DNA from: Acidobacteriota bacterium | GTDB lineage: Bacteria; Acidobacteriota; Thermoanaerobaculia; Gp7-AA8 | Assembly (NCBI GenBank): GCA_019244185.1 | Contig: JAFATB010000014.1 | Span: forward strand, 480,001 to 544,000 | Direction: 5' to 3' | Length of the DNA: 64,000 bases | In this document: positions 40,393 to 49,562 of the stretch, piece by piece | Position numbering within the stretch: position 1 is the first letter of the stretch | How the letters are laid out: the number at the start of each line of letters is the position of its first letter | Translations under genes and position numbers: made by a program | The notes under the pieces: model-generated | What the model saw: only the letters and a program-made list of their open reading frames with translations | The model's database searches: none | Told to the model about the DNA's origin: nothing

Positions 40393-41452
40393 CTGGCTGA
40401 CCGGAATGCGCGGCGGCGAGGCGGTGCTCGAGGCGATCCTCGACGCGCTGCCGTCCGCCGAGCTCTTCACGCTCTTCCACTTTCCCGGCTCCGTCTCCGC
40501 GAAGATCGAGTCGCGCACGATCCATACGTCGGAACTGCAGCCGCTCGCGCGGCGCGCGCGCGACTACCGGACGCTCCTGCCGCTCTTTCCGCGCGCGGTG
40601 CGGCGCTGGGACTTCCGCGAGTTCGATCTCATCGTGTCGTCCAGTCATTGCGTCGCAAAGGGCATCGACGCGCGCGGCAAGCCGCACCTCTCGTATTGCC
40701 ACACGCCGATGCGCTACATCTGGGATCGTTTCGACGATTACTTTCCGCGCAAAAACATGCTGCGGCGCGCGGCCGCGCAGTCGATCGCGCCGTGGCTGCG
40801 GCGGTGGGACGTTGCGACAGCGAAGGAAGTGACGCACTTCGTCGCGAACTCGCGCTTCGTCCGCGACCGCATCCGCCGCTACTACGACCGCGACGCGGAG
40901 CTCGTGCATCCGTATGTCGATGACGAGTTCCTCGAGACGCCGCTGCGCGAGGGGCGCGACGACTACCACATGATGGTTTCCGCGCTCGTTCCGTACAAGA
41001 AGGTGGAGCTCGCGGTTGCCGCGGCGGTAGCGTCCGGCCGGAAGCTGGTCGTGGCCGGCGGCGGACCGCTGCTCGGCGAGCTGCGCGCGCGCAGCGGGAG
41101 CGGCGTGACCTTCATGGGACCGGCGTCGAGAGCGAGTATCATCGAGCGGCTGGCACGGGCGAAAAGCCTGATTTTGCCGGGAGTCGAGGACTTCGGGATC
41201 ACGCCGCTCGAGGCGATGGCGCTCGGGACTCCGGTGGTGGCGCTCGGCGAGGGCGGCGTGCTGGATTCGGTGGTCGACGGGGTGACAGGAATTTTCTTTC
41301 CACGGCCGGACGTAGAGTCGCTGCGCGGCGCGCTCGACGCGGTCGAAGCCCGCGTGTGGGACCGCGCGGCCATTCGCGCACACGCCTCCGCCTTCTCGCG
41401 CGCGCAGTTCGACGCGCGGTTCGCGGCGGCGCTGGAACGAGTTCGCGGATGA
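40367..41452 (+). CDS. Glycosyltransferase family 4
   Basis: VHDWLTGMRGGE, YCHTPMRY.W, EDFGITPLEAMA. Confidence 0.93.
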   Translation: MSRVAVVHDWLTGMRGGEAVLEAILDALPSAELFTLFHFPGSVSAKIESRTIHTSELQPLARRARDYRTLLPLFPRAVRRWDFREFDLIVSSSHCVAKGIDARGKPHLSYCHTPMRYIWDRFDDYFPRKNMLRRAAAQSIAPWLRRWDVATAKEVTHFVANSRFVRDRIRRYYDRDAELVHPYVDDEFLETPLREGRDDYHMMVSALVPYKKVELAVAAAVASGRKLVVAGGGPLLGELRARSGSGVTFMGPASRASIIERLARAKSLILPGVEDFGITPLEAMALGTPVVALGEGGVLDSVVDGVTGIFFPRPDVESLRGALDAVEARVWDRAAIRAHASAFSRAQFDARFAAALERVRG

Positions 41453-42867
41453 TCGAGAAAAAGCACAAGACCCTCGCGTCGGTGTACCTGGTCAACGACG
41501 CCGTGGCGTCGAACCTGGCCATGCTCAGCGCTTGGTTCCTGCGCTTCCAGTTCGAGCTCATCCCCGTCACGAAGGGACAGCAGGAGTTTGCGACGTACGC
41601 AAAGCTCCTCCCGCTCGTGACGATCGTCTTTCCGCTCGCGTTCGCCGTGCAGGGGCTCTATCGCATCCGTCCCACGCGCGGCAAAGCGGAAGAATGGGTC
41701 GGCGTCGCGATCGGCTCGATCGTCGGCACGGTCGTCCTCTCCGGCGTGCTGCTCTGGATCCGCCCCGACTCGACCGCGGTCTACTCGCGCGCGACGCTCG
41801 CGCTGTTCCTCGTGCTGGCGATGATCTTCACCGCCATCGGACGCACGCTCGTGCGCGTCGTCGTCGAGCGTCGCCATCGCGAAGGGAAGGATCTCGACCG
41901 CGTGCTGATCGCCGGCAACGGCGATCTCGCGCGCGCGGTGCTCGAGCGCGTGGCCTCGCATCGCGAGCGCCTCGGCTTCCGCATCGTCGGCTATCTCGCC
42001 AACGGTGACGGCAATGGCGACGATAGCGACCTCGCCGGCGTCCCGCGCCTCGGCCGCATCGAGAACGCCGAGGAAGTCGTTGCCGAGCACGCGATCGACC
42101 ACGTGTTCGTGGCCATGCCGCACGCGTCGTCGCAGGCGATGATGGCGCTGCTCGACCGGTTGATGCGCAGCTGCGTTTCGATTCACGTCGTGCCCGATCT
42201 CCTGCAGTTCATGGCGCTGCGCTCGCGCGTCGAAGACCTCGACGGACTGCCGACGATCAACCTCTCGGAGACGCCGCTCGAAGGGTGGAGCCGTTTCGTG
42301 AAGCGCGCGTTCGATCTCGTCGTCGCCGCCGCGGCGCTGCTGCTCTTCTCGCCGGTGATGCTCGCCGTAGCGCTCGCGATCTGGATCGAAGACGGGCTGC
42401 CGGTGTTCTACCGCCAGACGCGCATGGGACTCGACGGCAAGCCGTTCGAGATCCTGAAATTCCGCTCCATGCGCGTCGGCGCGGAACAGCAGACCGGCGC
42501 GGTGTGGGCGGAGAAAGACGATCCGCGGCGCACGGCCGTCGGTCGCGTGATCCGCGCGTGGTCGCTCGACGAGCTGCCGCAGCTTTGGAACGTGCTCGTC
42601 GGCGACATGAGCGTCATCGGCCCGCGTCCGGAACGCCCCGAGTTCGTGCAGCAGTTCCGCGCCGAGTTCCCGCACTACATGCTCCGCCACAAAGTGCGCG
42701 CGGGCATGACCGGCTGGGCGCAGGTGCACGGCTGGCGCGGCAACACGTCCATCCGCATGCGCATCGAGCACGACCTCTACTACATCGAGAACTGGTCGCT
42801 GCTGCTCGACGTGAAGATCCTCTTCATGACCGTGCTGCACGGGCTGCGTCACGAGAACGCGTACTGA
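41449..42867 (+). CDS. wcaJ: Undecaprenyl-phosphate glucose phosphotransferase (WcaJ-like)
   Basis: N-terminal TMs; KRAFD, KFRSM, LDELPQLWNVLVGDMSVIGPRPE, GMTGWAQV, DLYYIENWS. Confidence 0.92.
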   Translation: MIEKKHKTLASVYLVNDAVASNLAMLSAWFLRFQFELIPVTKGQQEFATYAKLLPLVTIVFPLAFAVQGLYRIRPTRGKAEEWVGVAIGSIVGTVVLSGVLLWIRPDSTAVYSRATLALFLVLAMIFTAIGRTLVRVVVERRHREGKDLDRVLIAGNGDLARAVLERVASHRERLGFRIVGYLANGDGNGDDSDLAGVPRLGRIENAEEVVAEHAIDHVFVAMPHASSQAMMALLDRLMRSCVSIHVVPDLLQFMALRSRVEDLDGLPTINLSETPLEGWSRFVKRAFDLVVAAAALLLFSPVMLAVALAIWIEDGLPVFYRQTRMGLDGKPFEILKFRSMRVGAEQQTGAVWAEKDDPRRTAVGRVIRAWSLDELPQLWNVLVGDMSVIGPRPERPEFVQQFRAEFPHYMLRHKVRAGMTGWAQVHGWRGNTSIRMRIEHDLYYIENWSLLLDVKILFMTVLHGLRHENAY

Positions 42868-42877
42868 CGATGGTCCT

Positions 42878-43411
42878 ATGCACATAGTCAATGTCTTGAC
42901 CGTTCCCGGTCTGTGGAACTCCGGTCCGCAGCACTGGCAGACGCACTGGGAAGCCGAGTCGCCCGACGAGTTCCGCCGCGTCGTGCAGCGCGACTTCGAC
43001 CATCCCGATCGCGACGAATGGGTGTCCACGCTCGACGCCGGGATCCGCGCCTGCGACGCGCCGCCGCTCCTCGCCGCGCACAGCCTCGGCTGCTCGCTCG
43101 TTGCGGAGTGGGTCCGTCAGCGCGGCGGTGCGGGCGTGCGCGGCGCGTTCCTCGTCGCGCCGAGCGACGTCGAGGCGCCCGACTATCCGATCGAAGGACG
43201 CAGCTTCGCGTCGATGCCGCTCGTGCCGCTGCCGTTTCCGTCGCTCGTCGTGGCCAGCACGATCGATCCGTACGTGAGCGTCGCGCGCGCCGAGGAGTTC
43301 GCGCGCGCGTGGGGCAGCCGGATCGTCTTCATCGGCGACGCCGGACACATCAACGGCGCGTCGGGATATGGCCCGTGGCCCGAGGGAAGATCGCTGCTGC
43401 GGCTCATATAA
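42878..43411 (+). CDS. RBBP9/YdeN family alpha/beta hydrolase
   Basis: VPGL.NSGPQHWQ, AHSLGC, DPY, AGHIN. Confidence 0.92.
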   Translation: MHIVNVLTVPGLWNSGPQHWQTHWEAESPDEFRRVVQRDFDHPDRDEWVSTLDAGIRACDAPPLLAAHSLGCSLVAEWVRQRGGAGVRGAFLVAPSDVEAPDYPIEGRSFASMPLVPLPFPSLVVASTIDPYVSVARAEEFARAWGSRIVFIGDAGHINGASGYGPWPEGRSLLRLI

Positions 43412-43423
43412 TCCGCCGCGACT

Positions 43424-44713
43424 ATGGGTAAGCAATCGGACGCTCTTTTCCAGCGCGCGCAGGACGTCATTCCGGGCGGCGTCAACTCGCCGGTGCGCGC
43501 ATTCGGCGGCGTCGGCGGCACGCCGCCGTTCATCGAGCTCGCGCAAGGCTCGCGCATCTTCGACGCCGACAATCTCCAGTACATCGACTGCGTCGGCTCG
43601 TGGGGGCCGATGATCCTCGGGCACGGCCATCGTTACGTCGTCGAAGCGGTGAAGAAGGCGGCCACGCGGGGCTTCTCGTACGGCGCGCCGACCGCGGCGG
43701 AGATCGAGCTCGCGGAGATGATCGTGCAGGCCGTGCCGTCGATGGAGATGGTGCGCCTCGTCAACTCCGGCACCGAGGCGACGATGAGCGCGCTGCGGCT
43801 CGCGCGCGCGGCCACGGGGCGCAACAAGATCCTCAAGTTCGAAGGCGGCTATCACGGCCACGTCGACTCGCTGCTCGTGAAGGCCGGCTCCGGCGGCGCG
43901 ACGTTCAACGTGCCCGACTCCGCGGGCGTGCCGAAAGAGCTCGCGGAGCTCACGCTCATCGCGCGCTACAACGACCTCGACGACGTGCGCGCGCAGATGA
44001 GCGACGAGGTCGCGGCGATCATCGTCGAGCCGATCGCCGGCAACATGGGCTGCATTCCGCCGAATCCGGGATTCCTGCAGGGACTGCGCGAGATCTGCGA
44101 CGACCATGCGTCGCTGCTGATCCTCGATGAAGTCATGACCGGCTTCCGCGTCGCGTACGGCGGCGCGCAGGCGCGCTACGACGTGCGCCCCGACATCACC
44201 ACGCTCGGCAAGATCATCGGCGGCGGCATGCCGATCGGCGCGTACGGCGCATCGAAGCTGCTGATGGAGTACGTCTCGCCCCTCGGCCCGATGTATCAGG
44301 CCGGCACGTTGTCCGGGAATCCGGTGGCCGTCGCCGCCGGACGCGCGACGCTCAGCGTGCTGCGCAACTCGTCGATCTACGACGACCTCGAAGAGCGCAG
44401 CGCGGAGTTCGAGAACGGCGTGCGCGCGGCGTCGGAGAAACACGCCGTGCCGCTGACGTTCAACCGCGTCGGTTCGATGTGGACGATCTTCTTCACGGAA
44501 GGTCCGGTGACGGACTTCGCGTCGGCGAACAAGTCGAACCGCGAGAAGTTCTCGCGCTTCTTTCACCTCATGCTCGGTGAAGGCGTCTACCTCCCGCCGT
44601 CGCAGCTCGAAGCCGCGTTCTTCTCCGCCGCGCATGCGAAGAAGGACATCCTGCAGCTCGTCGAGCGCGTGGATCGCGTGCTGAAGAAAGTGGCGTGGGA
44701 ATTCGGGACTTAG
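43424..44713 (+). CDS. hemL: Glutamate-1-semialdehyde 2,1-aminomutase
   Basis: PGGVNSPVRAF, NSGTEATM, YHGH, DEVMTGFR, GKIIGGG, YQAGTLSGNP. Confidence 0.97.
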   Translation: MGKQSDALFQRAQDVIPGGVNSPVRAFGGVGGTPPFIELAQGSRIFDADNLQYIDCVGSWGPMILGHGHRYVVEAVKKAATRGFSYGAPTAAEIELAEMIVQAVPSMEMVRLVNSGTEATMSALRLARAATGRNKILKFEGGYHGHVDSLLVKAGSGGATFNVPDSAGVPKELAELTLIARYNDLDDVRAQMSDEVAAIIVEPIAGNMGCIPPNPGFLQGLREICDDHASLLILDEVMTGFRVAYGGAQARYDVRPDITTLGKIIGGGMPIGAYGASKLLMEYVSPLGPMYQAGTLSGNPVAVAAGRATLSVLRNSSIYDDLEERSAEFENGVRAASEKHAVPLTFNRVGSMWTIFFTEGPVTDFASANKSNREKFSRFFHLMLGEGVYLPPSQLEAAFFSAAHAKKDILQLVERVDRVLKKVAWEFGT

Positions 44714-45423
44714 TCGCTGTCGCGAACGACGCGAAAGCCGATGCTGAAGCCGCGTAGTTGCGGCTCGTGCGTGTAGCGCAACGCGCTGCGCGCGCTGTCG
44801 GCGCCGAAGTACCAGCTGCCGCCGCGGATGACTTTGTATTTGCTGCCGCACGCTTCGAGCGGATACGGGCAGTACTCGGTCGCGCACCACTCCCAGACGT
44901 TGCCGTGCATGTCGTAAAGGCCCCAGACATTCGGCGCGAACGACGCGACGCGCATCGTGCGCTTGCCGTCGAAGTTCGCCTGCCGCGTGGTCAGCGTCGC
45001 GCCGAACGCGTACGGTGTCGTCGTGCCGGCGCGGCACGCGTACTCCCACTCCGCTTCGGTCGGCAAACGGAACCGTCCTTCGCCGAACGCGTTCAATCGC
45101 CGGAGGAACTCCTGCACTTCGAGCCACGACACGCGCTCGACCGGCGCGTTCGGATCGCCGCGGAACCAGCTCGGATTGCGGCCCATGATCGCCGTCCACT
45201 GCGCCTGCGTGACTTCCGTCGCGGAGAGGAAGAACGGCCGCGCGATGGTGATGCGATGGAGCGTTTCATCCGCGCGATGACCGGGATCGCTCGCGGGCGA
45301 GCCCATCGCGAACGTTCCCGCGGGCACGCGCACGAAGCGAAGGTGCGTGTGCGCTTCGACGAACGTCTCGCGGCGGCAGGCGAGGAGCGCCGCCGCCGCG
45401 AGGAGCGCGAGCAGGCGTTTCAC
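44710..45423 (-). CDS. Formylglycine-generating-enzyme (FGE-sulfatase) domain lipoprotein
   Basis: LLAC lipobox; FAMGS, RLPTEAEWEYACRAG, GLYDMHGNVWEW, RGGSW, GFRVVR; GTGA overlap with the upstream gene. Confidence 0.9.
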   Translation of the reverse strand: MKRLLALLAAAALLACRRETFVEAHTHLRFVRVPAGTFAMGSPASDPGHRADETLHRITIARPFFLSATEVTQAQWTAIMGRNPSWFRGDPNAPVERVSWLEVQEFLRRLNAFGEGRFRLPTEAEWEYACRAGTTTPYAFGATLTTRQANFDGKRTMRVASFAPNVWGLYDMHGNVWEWCATEYCPYPLEACGSKYKVIRGGSWYFGADSARSALRYTHEPQLRGFSIGFRVVRDSD

Positions 45424-45959
45424 TGCGCGGCAGTATCGCCCGCGCGGTGCTCGACCGCCTGGAACTTCAGGAACGCGTGGATCGCTTCGATCGCCTCGGC
45501 GTTCTTGGTCATGAGGTGCACGCGTCCGCCGTCGGGCAGCGGCTCGTAGTGATACATGATCGACGCGTGCAGGCGCTGCATCGTGTCGACGCCGTCGGGC
45601 ATGCGTCCGTGCACGAACTGCGGCTTCGAGAAGTCGTTCTTCGCGAACTCGCCGCGGATCGACTGCAGATGCTTCTGGATCGCGGCGATGGTCTTCGCGT
45701 CCGCGGCGTCGTTCGCGCGCAGCTCGATCGTGCCGCCGTCGTCCGTCGCGGTGAACCTGTGATGCGCCGCGTCGTGGGCCATACCGAACGAGTCGTGGCG
45801 ATGATCGACTTCGGCGGCGTGATTCCCGTCCGCATGCGCGTCGCCGGCATTCGCATTCGCGGCGGCTTCGGCCATGTGCTGCGCGTGCAGCGGACACGAG
45901 GCCATTGCGGCGTCGTCGGCGAGGAGCAGGTTTGCGGTGAGCAGTAGTGCCTGAATCAT
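45420..45959 (-). CDS. Exported His-rich putative metal-binding protein (paralog A)
   Basis: MIQALLLTANLLLA-DD; SCPLHAQHM; 16 His; ATGA overlap with merR; GGAGG SD. Confidence 0.8.
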   Translation of the reverse strand: MIQALLLTANLLLADDAAMASCPLHAQHMAEAAANANAGDAHADGNHAAEVDHRHDSFGMAHDAAHHRFTATDDGGTIELRANDAADAKTIAAIQKHLQSIRGEFAKNDFSKPQFVHGRMPDGVDTMQRLHASIMYHYEPLPDGGRVHLMTKNAEAIEAIHAFLKFQAVEHRAGDTAAQ

Positions 45960-46375
45960 TTCGTTTCCTCCATCAGCGTCTCGAATAAATTCGCGAACGC
46001 GCCGTCGGGCGTGTCGCGAAGGCGGTCGTCCCATGAGCTGAGCGTGTCGACGAGTGCCGCGCGCACGGTGGTGAGGGCGGCGATGCGCTCTTCGACTTCG
46101 GCGAGCTTGCGGTCGGCGAGAGCGCGCACCTCGCGGCACGGCGGCTTGCCCGCCGCGCGCTGGCGGAAGATGCGCGAGAGCTCGTCGAGCGTGAAGCCGA
46201 GCGTGAGCGCGCGGCGGATCATGCGCACGCGCTCGACGGTGTGCGGCGGATAGCGGCGGTAGCCGCTGGCGTCGCGCGCGACGTCGCGCAGCACGCCGAC
46301 CCGCTCGTAGTGGCGGATCGTGTCGACGCTCACGCCCGCGGCGTTCGCGACTTCACCGATCAGCAGCAGTTCCAT
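45956..46375 (-). CDS. MerR-family transcriptional regulator
   Basis: IGEVANAAGVSVDTIRHYERVG, GYRRY, LGFTLDE, PCREV. Confidence 0.93.
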   Translation of the reverse strand: MELLLIGEVANAAGVSVDTIRHYERVGVLRDVARDASGYRRYPPHTVERVRMIRRALTLGFTLDELSRIFRQRAAGKPPCREVRALADRKLAEVEERIAALTTVRAALVDTLSSWDDRLRDTPDGAFANLFETLMEETK

Positions 46376-46383
46376 GGGTACGC

Positions 46384-46415
46384 AAGGTAGGCCATGGAAC
46401 CGGTTCGAGGGTCAA
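46384..46415 (-). promoter_or_regulatory. MerR-type promoter/operator
   Basis: TTGACC-20 nt-TACCTT with the GAACCGGTTC dyad in the spacer; ATG 8 nt downstream. Confidence 0.8.
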
Positions 46416-46441
46416 GTCAACATTGTGCGAACAGTGCGCGG

Positions 46442-46924
46442 TTACTCGGCGGACGAGTTGCCCGCGCGATTCGCCACCGTCTGGAACTTGAGGAACGCGC
46501 GGATCGCGGCGACCGCGTCGGCGTTGCCCGTCTGCAGACGCATGCGCCCGCCGTCGGGCAGCGCTTCGTAGCCGTAGGAGATCGAGTCGTGCAGGCGTTC
46601 CATCGCGTCGACTCCCTCCGGCATGCGGCCGTTGACCGACTCCGCCTTCGAGAAATCGTTCGTCGCAAAGTCGCCGGCGATCGCCTTCAGGTACTTCTGG
46701 ATTGCGTCGATCGTGTCGAGGTCCGCGGTGTCTTTTGCGCGGAGCTCCATCGAGCCGCCGTCGTCGGTCGCGGTGAACTTGAACTGCACGGCGTCGTGCG
46801 CGAAGCCGTGCGCATCGTTCGCGGTGGTCTCGGCGGCCCCGGTGCGCACGGCGGCGGCGGCCTGCGCGGTCGCGGCGTCGTCAGCGAGGAGCAGGTTCGC
46901 GGTCAACAGCAATGCGTGGATCAT
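46442..46924 (-). CDS. Exported protein, His-depleted paralog B of 45420-45959
   Basis: MIHALLLTANLLLA-DD; shares FTATDDGG, NDFSK, GRMP.GVD, LPDGGR, AFLKFQ with paralog A; ATGA overlap with hutG. Confidence 0.8.
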   Translation of the reverse strand: MIHALLLTANLLLADDAATAQAAAAVRTGAAETTANDAHGFAHDAVQFKFTATDDGGSMELRAKDTADLDTIDAIQKYLKAIAGDFATNDFSKAESVNGRMPEGVDAMERLHDSISYGYEALPDGGRMRLQTGNADAVAAIRAFLKFQTVANRAGNSSAE

Positions 46925-47871
46925 CTCGACTCCTTCTCGATCCGGGGGCTCGGTTGGACGTTGTGCCGCACAGTGTACGGCGCAAAGACTTCGAGGAACA
47001 GCCGCGCCGCGAGTTTGGCCGTGCGGCCGTCGACGTCCCACGGCGGCGAGAGCTCGGAGAGATCGGCGCCGATGAGCTTCGGCGACGCGGCGAGCTGGCG
47101 CACGATGGCGATCGTCTCGCGCGCGGTGAGCGTGCCCGGCGCCGCGGCTGACGAGCCGGGAACTTCCGCGGCGTCGATGTCGATCGACAGAAAAATCGCA
47201 TCCGACGATTGCTCGAGCTTCGCGCGCACCTCGGCTGCCAGCTCCCATGCCGCGTGCAGATCGAACCAGTCGACGGGAATCGTGGTGATGCCCTGCTCGC
47301 GCACCCACGCGTCGTAGTACGACGAGTTCGCGAAGTCGCGCGTGCCGAGGATGAAGGTGCGCGAGCCGTGGCAGATCGGCGTCTCCAGCGCGCGGCGATA
47401 TGGCGTGCCGCTGGAGAGCGAGTCCTCGTCGTCGTATTCGCGGACGTCGTAGTGCGAGTCGATCACGACGAGGCCGAGCTTCAGGTTCGGACGCGCGTCG
47501 GCGAGTCCGCGGAGGATCGCGCCGGTGAGGCCGTTGTCGCCGCCGATGAAGAACGGCGTCGCGCCGGCGGCGAAGACGTCGCGCGCGAACGCGTGCACGC
47601 GCTGGTGCGCCGCGCGGATCGAGTCGAGCGGCAGCTCGAGATCGCCGAGGTCGCGGCAGATGCGGCCGGAGAGCTCGATGCCGTTGCCGAACGTCGTGAG
47701 CGACGGCAGCGCCTCGCGGAATGCGTGCGGACCGTGTTTGGCGCCGGGACGCGAGCGCGCGGGAATCGAGCTGTCGAACGGCAGTCCCGCGAGGACGAAG
47801 TCGCCGCGGTCGAACGTCGTCGACGGCACGAGCAGCGACGAGGCGCGCGGGTCGCGCGGATCGGCGGCCAT
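46921..47871 (-). CDS. hutG: Formimidoylglutamase (arginase/agmatinase family)
   Basis: RPGAKHGP, GGDN, DSHYDVR, SSGTPYR, SIDIDA, ELSPPWD; coupled to ftcD. Confidence 0.75.
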   Translation of the reverse strand: MAADPRDPRASSLLVPSTTFDRGDFVLAGLPFDSSIPARSRPGAKHGPHAFREALPSLTTFGNGIELSGRICRDLGDLELPLDSIRAAHQRVHAFARDVFAAGATPFFIGGDNGLTGAILRGLADARPNLKLGLVVIDSHYDVREYDDEDSLSSGTPYRRALETPICHGSRTFILGTRDFANSSYYDAWVREQGITTIPVDWFDLHAAWELAAEVRAKLEQSSDAIFLSIDIDAAEVPGSSAAAPGTLTARETIAIVRQLAASPKLIGADLSELSPPWDVDGRTAKLAARLFLEVFAPYTVRHNVQPSPRIEKESR

Positions 47872-49550
47872 CACGCCTGCTCGCGCAGCTTCACGAGGAT
47901 CTCGTCTTCGGCGAGCGCGTGCCGCTCGCGCGACTGCTGCCACGCCGCGTCCGCGCGCGCGAGCAGCGACGTCTTGCGCGTTGCGTCGGTGAGTCCCGCG
48001 AGATTGATGCAGACGTTCTGGTACGCGCCCGCGGCCGCCGCGCGCGCGGCCTGCGCACCGACGCCCGCGTCGGACAGCGACGCCTGCATGCCGATGCGCG
48101 CGATCTCGCGACAGAGGTCGATGATCTCGGGACAACTCTCGAGCACGCGCAGCGGCACTTCCGCCGCGACGACCGTCGCATCGGCCAGCGCCGCGTCGCG
48201 CGCCGCGATTTCCTCGGGCGTGCCTTTCGGCATGCGCATCGCGTCGAGCAGCGCGTCGAATGCGGCGGTATCAGCGTCAACGGCGGCGAGCTGTTGATCC
48301 TTCAGCTCCTGAGCGCGATTGGCGATGCGATCGAGCGCTTCGTGTTTCGACTCGAAGCCCTTCTTCGTGTGCGACAGCACGGCCACCATCGCGGCGAGTC
48401 CCGCGGCCATCGACGCCGCGAGCGCGGAGACCGAGCCGCCGCCCGGCGCGGGCGACTCGCTCGACAGCTCGTCGACGAAGTCGCGCAGCGAGAGCGACGC
48501 GAGACGCGGCGGCAACGTAGCGAGGCGATATTCGATGACGCGCTCTTTCGGATCGAACGGCTTCACTTCCGACAGGCCGAGCGTGCGGATCGCGGCGTGC
48601 ACGAGCGCGCCTTCCGGCACGCCGGTCGGACGTCCCATTTTCGCGAGCGCGTGGCGTCCGGCGTCGAGCAGGACCTGGCGCGGCACGAGACCGACGATCT
48701 CCGAGCCGGTGACGCGCAGGCCGCGCTCGCGCGCGCGCTCGTCGCACGTGTCGAAGACGACGTGCAGCGGCGTGATGTCGAGATCGGTGAGGTTGATCGA
48801 CACCTGCGCGCAGCCGAACTCCGGGATCACCCAGCCGACCGCTTTCACGGACTTCAGCAGCCCCGGCTCCCACACCGGCTCGCCGTGCTCGTCGAGGGTC
48901 GGGTTGTCGTCGGCGTCGCGTTTCATGCGGCCGCGCTCGCGGATGTCGAACGCGACGCGGTTCGCGAGCCGCTTGTCGAGCGTGTTGAGGTTGACGTTGT
49001 ACGCGACGAGGAACTTGCGCGCGCCGATCACGATCGCGCCCGAACGCGGCACGAAGGTGTTCGGTCCGAAGTCCGGCTGCCACTGCGGATCGGCGAGCTT
49101 GCGCGCGCAGCCCTCGTACTCGCCTTCGCGGACGTCGGCGAGATTGCGCCGATGCGGCGCGCTGCACGCGTGCTCGTAGAGATACACCGGCACCTGCAGC
49201 TCGCGTCCGACGCGTTCGCCGAGCTTGCGCGCGAGCTCCGCGCACTCGTCCATGGTCACGTTCGCGACCGGGATGAACGGCACGACGTCGACCGCGCCGA
49301 TGCGCGGATGCGCGCCGCGGTGCGTGGTCATGTCGATCAGCTCGATGCCTTTCTTGACGAGCCGGAACGCCGCCTCGAGCACCGCGTCGGGCGCGCCGAC
49401 GAACGTGATCACGGTGCGATTCGTATCCGCGCCGGGATCGACGTTCAGCAGCGTGACCTCGGAGACCGACGCCGCGGCGGCAGCGACGGCGTCGTAAATC
49501 TCAGCGCGGCGGCCTTCGGAGATGTTGGGAACGCACTCGACGATCTGCAT
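47871..49550 (-). CDS. ftcD: Glutamate formimidoyltransferase-cyclodeaminase (fused FTCD)
   Basis: ECVPNISEGR, HRGAHPRIGAVDVVPF, GARKFLVAYN, SEIVGLVP; C-terminal PAPGGGSVSA...SDAGVG...NVCINL. Confidence 0.95.
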   Translation of the reverse strand: MQIVECVPNISEGRRAEIYDAVAAAAASVSEVTLLNVDPGADTNRTVITFVGAPDAVLEAAFRLVKKGIELIDMTTHRGAHPRIGAVDVVPFIPVANVTMDECAELARKLGERVGRELQVPVYLYEHACSAPHRRNLADVREGEYEGCARKLADPQWQPDFGPNTFVPRSGAIVIGARKFLVAYNVNLNTLDKRLANRVAFDIRERGRMKRDADDNPTLDEHGEPVWEPGLLKSVKAVGWVIPEFGCAQVSINLTDLDITPLHVVFDTCDERARERGLRVTGSEIVGLVPRQVLLDAGRHALAKMGRPTGVPEGALVHAAIRTLGLSEVKPFDPKERVIEYRLATLPPRLASLSLRDFVDELSSESPAPGGGSVSALAASMAAGLAAMVAVLSHTKKGFESKHEALDRIANRAQELKDQQLAAVDADTAAFDALLDAMRMPKGTPEEIAARDAALADATVVAAEVPLRVLESCPEIIDLCREIARIGMQASLSDAGVGAQAARAAAAGAYQNVCINLAGLTDATRKTSLLARADAAWQQSRERHALAEDEILVKLREQA

Positions 49551-49562
49551 GCGCGGGCGATG

